Shown in pieces: positions 42,533 through 53,560 of a stretch of DNA of 64,000 nucleotides. The notes under the pieces are model-generated. The model was not told the origin of the DNA and ran no database searches. It saw only the letters and a list, made by a program, of their open reading frames with translations. Each line of letters begins with the position of its first letter. Within the stretch, counting starts at the first letter, position 1. The DNA comes from Eledone cirrhosa (Eukaryota), in NCBI GenBank assembly GCA_964016885.1, contig OZ024753.1, forward strand, positions 44,020,001 through 44,084,000. Direction: 5' to 3'. The translations under genes and the position numbers were made by a program.

Positions 42533-43240
42533 GTAGATAGATATACAAACACACACATGTATATATGTGTGTATGTATGTATATATATATATTTTTTTTT
42601 TTCTTGAGATTTCATGAAAAAAATGGCAAAAGAAGAAAGAAAATAGCCTAATAATTCCTTTCCTTAAACAAGCTCTGGTTGTAGAAAATCAATGCAAGTT
42701 ACTCAGAAGAAAATTCTGGATATTCTGTTTGTTTATTTATTTATTTATTTATTTATTTAGATATTTAGTTTTCCTTTCAAAAGTGTCATTGGTGCTTTTT
42801 TTGTATGATATGTTCCTTTGCTGTACTTACGTAAAAAAAAAAAAACTAATAAAAGGAATAAAAATTATCTCTGAGAAAAATCTTACAATTCTGAAGCGTT
42901 GCCATTACCTTTCACAGTAAAATAGTTTATTGCTGAAGTTTGAATGTTAGCTAGCACACCAAAACTATTTGTTACATCAAAAGGTAGCCACTGCTTCAAG
43001 ATGTCTTTTGTCTCTATTTTATTTTTATTTTGTCTCTCTTTTCTTTCTTAGCAAACAAATATACTTTCATAATTCGGCATATTCCTTTAATATTGCTTAA
43101 ATATTCATAACAGCACAAACTTGTTGAAAACTTCATGAATGTGTTTAGATAATGCTCAAACATTTCTTCCTGTGTCTGATAATGTTCTTGATTGATTTCT
43201 GCCATATCTGTAATTACCTTTCCAGTTACATTATTTCCAA

Positions 43241-43415
43241 GGTGGATTGGCAGTGTCGGTAGAGGGTTGGATGCATAGAGTTACGGCCCTTGCCATTCTG
43301 AGTTCAAATCCCGCCGAGGTTAACTTTGCCTTTCATCCTTACGGCGTTGATAAAATAAAGTACCAGTAATGCACTGGGTAATTGCTGGCCTTGTGCCTAA
43401 AGTAGAAACAATTAT
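43241..43415 (+). mobile_element. SINE-B copy
   Basis: GGTGGATTGGCAG..GTTCAAATCCCGCCGAGG..GTAGAAACAATTAT, flanked by an ATTATTTCCAAGG duplication. Confidence 0.85.
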
Positions 43416-43644
43416 TTCCAAGGAAATTATTTTCTATATAAAGATAAATACATTCTCTAAACACAAGCTTGGTTTCCATCATTAGACTACAACCCTCCTG
43501 GGACATCGCATTAAAGGGATTTTAGTTGATCTTATTAACTCTAGTATTTATTTATTCTAGTCTGGTACTGATTGATACAGGAAGCAGTTTTCAAAGGGAT
43601 GAGAATGTGCGTGTATGGTACTCACTTGCTGAGAAAAGGTGAAC

Positions 43645-43905
43645 AATCAGTTGTTAGCTGTTGGGACACTGTATCTTTCAAAATTTACATGCTTCCTGAA
43701 ATTTGTCAACACTACACCTGATATTCCACCTCCATACACATGCACACATTTCTATATGCCTGTGTGTATATTATGACTCATACACTGTTCACCTTCCTGA
43801 CATTTGTACATTGTTCTATGTGTTATACATGCACCATTGATGAGTTATAGTGCACCTGAGCACTGGACACAATAATTTTCATTATTGTTATTCATTATTA
43901 TTCAT
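43645..43905 (+). mobile_element. CR1-like LINE 3' end
   Basis: Homologous to 45040-45425; (ATT)n tail. Confidence 0.65.
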
Positions 43906-44867
43906 AATTAGATTTTTGAATGTTCGGCATTAAATATATTCACACTTGTTTAAAATAAGAGTAATTGTAAAGAAATGTCTCACCTGAGAATTGAACCTAC
44001 AAATCTATGGCACTGCTATCAACGTTACCTTATTTCAATAATACGTCACTCTCCGTTCAATGTTAAAATGCAAATCAATTACCAAGGTAATAGACTCTAA
44101 CGCATATCAAAATTTAGTCTTTGATTGTATTAATTTCTGTCTAGAAATAAGAATATATAATTGACATGTTTTTAATTAACTTTTACAATTTAGCTCAGTG
44201 TATTATTGACTCTATATTATTGATCTTCAAATAATGATAGGCTCTGTTTTCCCTTGACCCAAACAACATGTAATAAATGTAGCATTCATTGCAAGCCTGT
44301 GATGCTAAATTCTTCTCTCTGTTATGGTTTTCAAATTGTAACATTTTAATTTCTGATATAACCTGGATTTGAAACTAGTATATATCTGCTGAGAAATTTG
44401 TTCAATTAGATTTCTTATCACATCAAACATGATTTATGGTGTTTTTCTCGACTAATCTATGATGTTTCCAATGTAATAGCGACATTAATTGAATGAGTGG
44501 CCTGATTATCACAGCAGACTGCAGTAATTACACTGCCAGTGTAATTAGAAACTTACCAGTGATAGGGGCTTAATTATTTTTCTTAATAATGGTTACAAAT
44601 GCCAGCCATTTATCAACTTTGCAATGAATCTTAACAAAACTTTTGTTTCTCTGAGAGACTGTTTCCTTCAGTGCCAACTATTGCTTCAGACCACTGAGGA
44701 ATTGTTCTCTAACTCTAGTCTATAGAATCTTTCACTATTGACAGTATTTTGGTATCTTAAAGGTTCAATAATTGATTTGTCATAGCTAAGATGGTGGTTT
44801 GTTTTGTTTTGTTCTGTTTTGTTGCTCAATGCAAAACTTATTTGATAACATTTAGACAAGAAATATT

Positions 44868-45520
44868 CCTTGCGATGGTCAAACGATGGAAGCTTGCCTG
44901 GTATGGTCATTGGTCATGTATTCCACCACAACTCCTTATCGAGGGAGGGTGAAGAAGAGGCTGACAAAGGAAATTATAGTTCGACAACATCAAAGACTTC
45001 ACTGGTCTCAACACTAAAACACTTCTATGCATAACAAGGCATGCCAACAAGGCCAGAAAACAGCAAAGCTCCCATGATTTTTGGGAAACATTTTTTCACG
45101 CTCAGAATTGCCGTAGCATGGAACAAACTCCCTGCATCAGTTGTTAGCTGTCGAGACACTGCATCCTTTAAAACCTCCATGGAACAAACTACCTGCATCA
45201 GTTATTAGCTGTCGAGACACTGCATCCTTTAAAACCTCCATGCTTCCTGAGATTCACCAACACTACACCTAATATCCCCCCTCCATACACACGCACACAT
45301 GTATATCATGACTCATACAATATTTACTTCCCTGACATTTGTATATTATTCTATGTACCATACATGCACCTTTGATGAGTTGTAGTGCACCTGCACACTG
45401 TACACAATAATTTCATTATTATTATAATGGAGAATAGAGGCTAGTGGTGACGGCTGACAATGAAAGCGTCTAGAGTAGCACCTCAACAAAAGCCTTCCCC
45501 AGTTGTGGGAGTGTGCTTGA
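44868..45520 (+). mobile_element. RTE-like 3' end interrupted by a CR1-like 3' end (45040-45425)
   Basis: RTE part: LAMVKRWKLAWYGH..FDNIKDFTGLNTKTLL, resuming after the insert as E*RLVVTA. Insert: HFFTLRIAVAWNKLPASVVSCRDTASFK plus (ATT)n tail. Confidence 0.7.
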
Positions 45521-45924
45521 TACATCAGAAAGAAAGGACCTCTATCAGAAACCAATATATTTTATATATTTTGTTTAAATACTTCACTTAAAAATGTAAA
45601 GATGATGTGTATCAGAAAAGAGAAATTTTGATAAATTAAAAATAAGGATGGACAAACATCTAGAAAGATGTATTTGTCTGTTTGTGTTATATAATACATT
45701 CTGCTGATACTATATATATATATGCTGGTCACTGCCAGGTGGCGATAGCTGTCGGTTGTTTTACATAGCTACGGCTTGCTAAATATTAATTCACAAACAT
45801 ACTGTATTTCTTTAGAAATACGAAATTTCAATACATATCTGTATACAGTTATGCTCGAAGCTAAATTCTAATTCTCTCTCTCTCTATATATATCTATCTC
45901 TCTCTCTCTATATATATATATATA

Positions 45925-46280
45925 TTGATATACTTTGGGAGGGTCATGTTGCCAATAAGAAACACACGCACCAGTTGCTTCAATTTATTATAATAAATTT
46001 ATAAATTTAGGAATTTATAAATTTCCGGTTGGTTGGTTGGTTCCACAACCAGATGATTGTTTATATATTGTCAAAGTTCTTTCGTCACACATACTGTGAC
46101 GTCTTCAGTGACTGGGGATTCTTTTTTTTTGTTTTTGTGCCTCTCCTTTGTTCTGTCCTACGCCAGTCAATGAAGAGGTGGAACCAACCAACCGGAAATT
46201 TATAAATTCCTAAATTTATAAATTTATTATAATAAATTGAAGTGAAAGCAACTGGTGCGTGTGTTTCTTATTGGCAACAT
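45925..46280 (-). mobile_element. Family S fold-back element with hammerhead at 46070-46112 (-)
   Basis: Arms 45946-46046 and 46178-46280. HHR reads GTCA-CTGAAGA-c-GTCACA gtatg TGTGAC-GAAA-GAAC-TT-TGAC. The tail TATACTTTGGGAGGGTCAT also occurs at ~37886 and ~38788. Confidence 0.75.
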
Positions 46281-46314
46281 TCTTTCTCTCTCTCATGTGT
46301 TTTCTTCTCTATAT

Positions 46315-46360
<46 letters not shown>

Positions 46361-47219
46361 ATGTGTAATAACAGTTACAGGCAGCGTGCCATTCGAAACA
46401 CTCAATACTTTGTGAGGTCTCAGTTTGTTGTTTTACGATCGTTTAGAAGTTTAATTGATCATGATAAATCGACATAATAGATCAATCTCACCATCTTCAT
46501 ATATATACATATATATATACACACACTCTCAGACACACACACACACATACATATATATACACACACATATATTATATGTATAATATCATCATCATTTAAT
46601 GTCTAATATATATATAAAGTTCCAGACACAGGTGTAATAAAGGAAGGTAATAGAATAAATTGTTCCATTATCTCCCTGCCTTAAATCAATCAATAAATAT
46701 ATAACCGTAAACTCAACTCAACTGGAAAACTCTGTCACGCTTCGCTACCCATTACCAATTGCTAAAACCCAAACACCATATGTTTATTTGTCTGAATAAT
46801 TCAAGTTACACTTCAGCCATAAAACAACCTTAACCCAACATATTGGTCGGAACTGTTCGACTGTCAGCTTCTTCCAGATTCTTCTACTAAATCTTTCACA
46901 TTGACTTATTCTCTAACTTTACCAAGGTACCTGACCATATGGTCACTTTTGTCAAAACACTTTCCACATCAACAACAAATTTCATCTCTTCTGAGGAGCT
47001 GTTTGTTAACACTGCATATTTCATGAGCATAATGCACAGAATTTGAAGTAATTTTATAATCTGTTCTAGACGCCTGCATAACTGTTATGCAATGAAAAAA
47101 CATTGCATAACAGTAATGAAAAAAACCATCTGGTTACAGGGGATACCACGAGTGTATGGAATGATATATTTATATATGTATGTATGTATATGTATATATA
47201 TGTGTATATGTATATATGT

Positions 47220-47378
47220 ATACTACACCTAATACCCCCCCCCCCCCATACACACACATGTATATCATGACTCATACACTATTCACTTCCCTGACATTTG
47301 TATATTATTCTATGTACTATACATGCACCTTTGATGAGTTGTAGTGCACCTGAGCACTGTACACAATAATTTCATTAT
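47220..47378 (+). mobile_element. CR1-like 3' UTR fragment
   Basis: Near-identical to 45262-45420. Confidence 0.75.
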
Positions 47379-47387
47379 ATATATATA

Positions 47388-47542
47388 TCATCATCACCAC
47401 CGTTTTACGTCCGTTCTTCCATAGACGGGTTGTCCTGTTGTGGGCAGTGTCTGGTCGGCTGACCATGCCTTGCTCATACAGGAACTAATTGTAGCTTGAT
47501 TCAGTTCCTGTATGAGCAAGGCATGGTCAGCCGACCAAACAC

Positions 47543-47580
<38 letters not shown>

Positions 47581-47800
47581 AGATCGAGATCGTGTAGGTG
47601 TCACAACAAAAAAAAAACACACACAGTTCCACACTGTAAATGTGGTTGGTGTTAGGAAGGGCATCCAGCCGTAGAAAACCTGCCAGATAGTCCTATATGA
47701 GCAAGACACGGTCACTCGAACAACCTTGCCTGAAGTGGGACAACTCGTGTCTAACCCATGCTAGCATGGAAAGTGGATGTTAAACGAGGATGATGATGAT
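47388..47800. mobile_element. Two RTE 3' ends: an inverted-duplicated tail (47388-47542) and a + strand tail (47585-47800)
   Basis: Homology to 3903-4040 and 59600-59860; (GAT)n tails. Confidence 0.75.
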
Positions 47801-47865
47801 ATAAAATAAAGAAAACCCCAAATGACTATATTCTTATAAGCAACTACTAAGAGTATTCATCATTT

Positions 47866-48042
47866 AATTGTTTCCACTTTAGGCACAAGGCCAGCAATTA
47901 TCCCAGTGCATTACTGGTACTTTATTTTATCGACCGCGTAAGGATGAAAGGCAAAGTTAACCTCAGCGGGATTTGAACTCAGACTGTAAAGAGACGTAAC
48001 TATGCAAGAAAGCATGGCACCTGACCCTCTATCGATACTGCC
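47866..48042 (-). mobile_element. SINE-B copy
   Basis: Reverse complement of SINE-B. Confidence 0.85.
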
Positions 48043-49939
48043 TTCATCATTTAATATTATTCAGAAAGTATGTTTCACAGCCATTCCTTCAGTTCACAAA
48101 TATGGCCAAAATCTGACAATATTTTCTTTGCTGTTTTTTTGTCGATATTGAAAAATCAGCAATTTCTAGCAGCTCAGAGAATCTACCCCAGAATGCAACA
48201 TAAAATATCTACATCTACATGAATAAACATATTTCATGCATTTTGAGTAAAATTCTAAATCAAAATGGTGAGAGTTGTCAGTTCTTTGAGGGATATAGGC
48301 ACATTCCTGTTGTCTATATATTTTCAGTACAGTGCATATTTTGTGTGCAGGGTTTTTTGGTTTGTTTTGTAGTTTTTCTTTCTTGCTTGCTTGCTATCTT
48401 TCTTTCTTTTTCTCTTGAAGGGTGGGTGGAGGGGGTGGACAGTTTCTGAAACAAATTATGGTAAAAGCAAAATTATTCTACTTCTTTTCAAATGATATTT
48501 TATTATCATATAAACAATATATATATATATATATATAGATATATATATATAGATATGTATATATGTGTTTGTGTATATATATATGTGTGTGTATGTATGT
48601 GTGTGTGTGTATGTTTATACATATACACATATCTATGTATTTACATGCATGTGTGCTTGCTTATGTATATAAATACATAGATATTATGTACATTAATTCA
48701 TAAAAACAGCCACATGCATATACGCATTTATAAATACACACACGCACACATATATATATCATCATCATCATATAACATCCACTTTCCCTGCTAGCAAATG
48801 GATTTCTTTCACAGACAGAATCTGTACTGAAGCAGAACTACTGAAAGATTCTCCCAACTCGTTGTTTGACAAGCTTTCTACAGCTGGATGCTCTTCCTAC
48901 CACCAACCACTTTACAGCATGCTTACGGGTATGTTTATTGTGTAGATCACCAACACTAGGGGGGCTGTCATGTCCTTGGTGTAACTTAGGGGGTTCTCTC
49001 AACCCAATTGTGCAAGGTTTCTACAGTAGGGTGCCCTTCCTATTGCCAACCACCTTACAGGATGTACTGGGTACATTTTTGTAGCACTGTCACTAGAGAG
49101 GGCGTTGATCTTTGTCACAACTGAAGAACTCGCTCTGCTCTGTGGTGTTTGGAGAAAGCAACAAAAAGAGAAGGGTGATTGGAACAAAAACTGTTAACAA
49201 GTGAGTGTGTGTGTGTTTGTGAGAGAGCGAGAGAGAGATAAAGGTTCTTCCTATTCACAAACTGCTTATTAATGACATCTTAAAAGTACAGTTTTATCTG
49301 ATTGATACCAATCTGTAATTAATATATACAAGATTTCACAGCTCCAGCATCACTCCTTCATCGTCAGCCTATGATCTTTTCAGCCGCCCCTCATAAGGCA
49401 CTAAATAGCCAGACACAGACCCTTGAATACCAAGTGACAGGGAGTAATATAGACTTAGAAAGAGAAGGGGGGGGGGGGGATAAAGTATGTGATGTTCTTG
49501 GAATAAGAAATCTACAGAAGTGGTGTGAGTGAACGTGAGTGAATGAACCGAAAGTCTCTTGCAAATTCTGATCCAAGAAATATTTTATTAAAGGAGATGA
49601 AATATCGTACTTGTTCCTGTCCACTGAAATATACTTTGACAATCTCTTTGGGACATCGTGGTGAAAGGAATGGAAATGAGGTGGAATGAATTAAAGGAAT
49701 TCAATTAAAGTGCTGATAAATACTGAATGAGTTGAAAAGTAGCCAAACGATGTGATAGTAAGGCAGGATTCTTTGAAAAGGAACAATGTCAAAACCCACA
49801 TTTAATTACAATAAATTAAACCTCAGAATTAGTTGAAATGGTTGGCACCATTTATTCATTATGTTTTCTTCATATTATTACCCACTCCATCAAACAAAAA
49901 GTCAAAGAAAGTTTTGTTCTTTTTACTTTAACCTTTTAT

Positions 49940-50397
49940 ATATCATCATTATCATCGATCTTCCACACTAGTATGGGTTAGACAGGAATTGTCCCGTTTG
50001 AGACAAGATTGGTTGGGTGACTGTGTCTCACTCGTATAGGACTATCTGGCAGGTTTTCTATGGCTGTATGCCCTTCCTAACACCAGCCACATTTACAGTG
50101 TGGACTGGGAGCTTTTTAGCGTGTTACCTACATGACCACATTACAGCGTGGACTGTGTTTTTTTGTTGTGACACCTACACAACCTCATTAGTTTGGACTG
50201 GATGTTGTGGTACCAACATAACTTTATAGAGAAAGGGTGGTCTTGGCGGGAGTGGAAGGATGAAGTAGGGGTAGTGGGTTGGGGTGTATGTTTGGATTGG
50301 AGGTGCCTACTGACTGTGGGTTAACTTTTCACGTAGGGAAGGCGGGTCTTCTGTATTACTGTGTGGTGTCAAAGATCTCGATCCAGTGACATTGCCT
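49940..50397 (-). mobile_element. RTE LINE 3' end
   Basis: Minus strand AMSLDRDL*HHTVIQKTRLP, then a 3' UTR matching 59545-59860. Confidence 0.75.
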
Positions 50398-51373
50398 GTA
50401 TGTATATATATGTGTGTGTGGTGTGTGTTTATGGGTGTCTGTATTCATGACTATGCTTATGTTTGTACTTTTGTCTCTAACTGTGTTTATGATCTTTAAC
50501 TTAGCAGTTGAACAACAAAAAAAGAGATCGATAAAATCAATACCGGACCCGAAAAATAAGTACTAGGGTCTATATGATTGCCTAAATCAAGGTAGTGCTC
50601 CAACATAACTACATTCTAATGACGGAAACCAGCATGAGAATAAAATAATTGGTTGTTACAGACTCTGGCATTATGACTTAAATTCACAGATTTTATCAAA
50701 ATACTATGCTAAGAAAATAGATAGAAATATGATATATTTCTATCTATATATAAGAAATATACTTCACTTATGGCAACTGGAGTAAAATAAGATATTTGGC
50801 ATGTCAGTTTCCACAAGATGGTATTATTTACTCAGTGATTTGAGAATGACCATCCTAATTTTATAGGAACATTCTGCAACAAGATTTATGGCTTTTGAAA
50901 ATAGTAAGGATCGGATTATGCTGCTGTTACATTGGGGAAATATCAAGTGATTGTGTCAAGTGCACAATAGTTATAGTTGACCTTTGACCTGAGATAAACA
51001 TTCCAGCAGCTTCAAAACTACTGTTTCCTTTTTGTTACAAGTTAATAGTTGGTGAGATGCTGAAGAAATGATGGGAACCTCCAGTGGAATCTTGTTCTCA
51101 GAATTGCAAATGATCGAATGTGAACACAGACACACACAAACCTCACATCACACACCTACACACTGAAATACACATACACATACTCTCATACAAACACACA
51201 CAAATATATATTTCTATACCAACTCATACATATCAATCTCCCCTCTCCATTCCACTGATGATGTCCAAGGAAAAGAAAGGCAAATACAGCTTGGTACCAG
51301 TGCATCACAATTCATTTCTTTAGTTGAGTGAACATGAGCAAAGTGAAATGAAGTGTATATATTTATATATACA

Positions 51374-51427
<54 letters not shown>

Positions 51428-51486
51428 ATATATATATATAATATGGAAAACGAAGAATCAGTGATGCATCGGAACACAATATATTG

Positions 51487-51577
51487 CATATTACAAATGT
51501 TTCTCCGGTGAACAGCTCGAGGTGCGATCTGTTTGTGGATCAAACCTGACTCTGGATTCGCAAGTTCCTCAGATATG
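51487..51577 (-). ncRNA. Type I hammerhead with ~62-nt branched stem II domain, in TA-flanked element 51441-51633
   Basis: CATAT-CTGAGGA-(62 nt)-GAAA-CATTTG-TA-ATATG. Confidence 0.6.
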
Positions 51578-51628
51578 TCTAGCGACTTCGAAGCATACCA
51601 CCTATGGAAGCATCCAAGCAACCTTAAC

Positions 51629-51689
<61 letters not shown>

Positions 51690-52010
51690 GAAGGCACAGT
51701 GGTTAGAGCATTGGCTTTGCAATCGAAAGGTTGTGAGTTCAATTCTCAGACCGGGTGATGTGTTGTTTCCTTGAGCAAGACACTTTATTTCACATTGCTC
51801 CAGTTTACTCAGCTGTAGAAATGAGATGATAGGGACTGGGGTCCCTATCATTCCACTGTGAAGGTGCCATGGCAAAAAAGCACCCAGCACTCACTGTAAA
51901 TGAGGTTGGTGTTAGCAAGGGCATCCAGCTGTAGAAATCAAGCCAGAATCAGTTCCCGTCCCACCCTTGCAAGCAGGGAAAAGCGGACGTAAAAATGATG
52001 ATGATGATGA
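51690..52010 (+). mobile_element. SINE-A copy
   Basis: As above. Confidence 0.9.
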
Positions 52011-52304
52011 TATATATATACTTTATATTTATATACTCTTTATATAAAGTTGTTAGGTGTGTAACGTTAGTTACAGGTAGGGCACCAGTTTGAGCACTCA
52101 ATAAATCTACAAGGTTCTAGATATGATGGTGAGTTTTTACACCCATATTAGCAAGGGTTATTAGCAGTTGCAACATGCAGTGTATTATTAATAAGCTGGT
52201 TATACATATTCTATTCCCATGGGTGCAGGCCCTAAACTAGGGTTATTCTGTGAGAAGGGTTTGGTGCGGCCAACTGACCTGTCTTTCCTCATAATGGTGC
52301 CATC

Positions 52305-52498
52305 CTGTCCCACACTGTAAATGTTGTTGGTGTTAAGAAGGGCATCCAGTTGTAAAAACTCTGGCTAAATTTTCAGTCCCATCAGAGCAAGGTACTGTGT
52401 GGCCAATACTGGCCACACTTATCTCTCACAAGGACAACCTGTCTGACCCATGCAGGCGTGGAAAAATGGACATCAAATGATGATGATGATGATGATGA
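52305..52498 (+). mobile_element. RTE 3' tail
   Basis: CACACTGTAAATGTTGTTGGTGTTAAGAAGGGCATCCAG ... (GAT)n. Confidence 0.7.
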
Positions 52499-53179
52499 CA
52501 TATTTAATTACCAATTAGATCACAGTGCAATCAAGTGTCCAACTTTTTAATCAATAGCTCCTCAGATATATGAGTCTAATGTGTATTTGGATGTTAGAAT
52601 TTACAACTAAGCCTATCCAATAGGCCATACACCTTCACTCTAATAAGTATGAAAACCATTTTCCCTTTAACAGAAACAGCCATTGCCTTTATTATCAGAA
52701 GCACATATTTTGAATGTTAAATACAAAGCTATAATATTAAAGACAGGAATAGCCTGGCTAGAATACTGATCAAAGAAATTTTAAGAAAGCTTGTTTTATA
52801 ACCCACTCTGAATATATACCCTGGAATTCCCAATTTAATTATAAAGAAACACAATTAATTACATATGACACTTTATTGCAAAGGACATAGATTTTAAAAG
52901 CTGAGAGCATGATAAGAAATAGTGCTATAAAACTATTGATGAGTGTGATAATGTAATATAGTTTAGTCATAATAACATAGCTAAACAATTGTGTTTAAGA
53001 TGCTAATTCCAGCTCATATTGGAACTAAAAGCAGTTACTATATAGCTGTGAGTCTGCTCTGTAATGTTTCTTTCCCTGTAGCTAAAACCTATCCTTATTT
53101 ATGTTAAGATTATAAGCGCAATATCTTCTGTATCAAACCGATAATAAAGATGAAATGAAGCATTAAAAGTTTAGAAAAA

Positions 53180-53560
53180 ATGGTAGTGGTACCATGATAA
53201 TGTGCACCCAGTACACCCTGTTAATTAGTAGTGCTTGTGCTTTGATAATATGCACCCAGTACACTCTGTAAAGTGGTAAAGTTTGTGCTTTGATAACATG
53301 CACTCAGTACACTCTGTAAAGTGGTAGTGACGGTATCATGATAACACCCACTCAATGCACTCTTTAAAGTGGTAATGATGGTGTCATGATAAATGCACCC
53401 TAATTCTGTAAAGTGGTTGGCATTAGAACAGGTATTTATCCATAGAAACCATGCCAAATATGGAGCATATAAGCAAGATAAGGTCTCTCTGTTGCTGTCT
53501 AGTCTCAAACAGTGACAGCCCTGGTCTAGAAAGCAGACATTAAAGTATGATTGTGGTGAG
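53180..53560 (+). repeat. Degenerate 48-bp repeat (~5 copies) in an RTE 3' UTR remnant
   Basis: CACCCAGTACACTCTGTAAAGTGGT units, as at 35940. Confidence 0.7.

Noticed and set aside
43014-43207. 63-aa minus-strand ORF after a TTACAG acceptor-like site
   Set aside because: No recognisable domain or partner exons; it may be an exon but cannot be supported.
46848-47010. Two possible HHR remnants (CTGGAAGA..GAACAG on minus; CTGAGGA on plus)
   Set aside because: Too degenerate to call.
49391-49690. Short ORFs in a CpG-containing unique stretch
   Set aside because: No homology recognised; could be UTR or regulatory.
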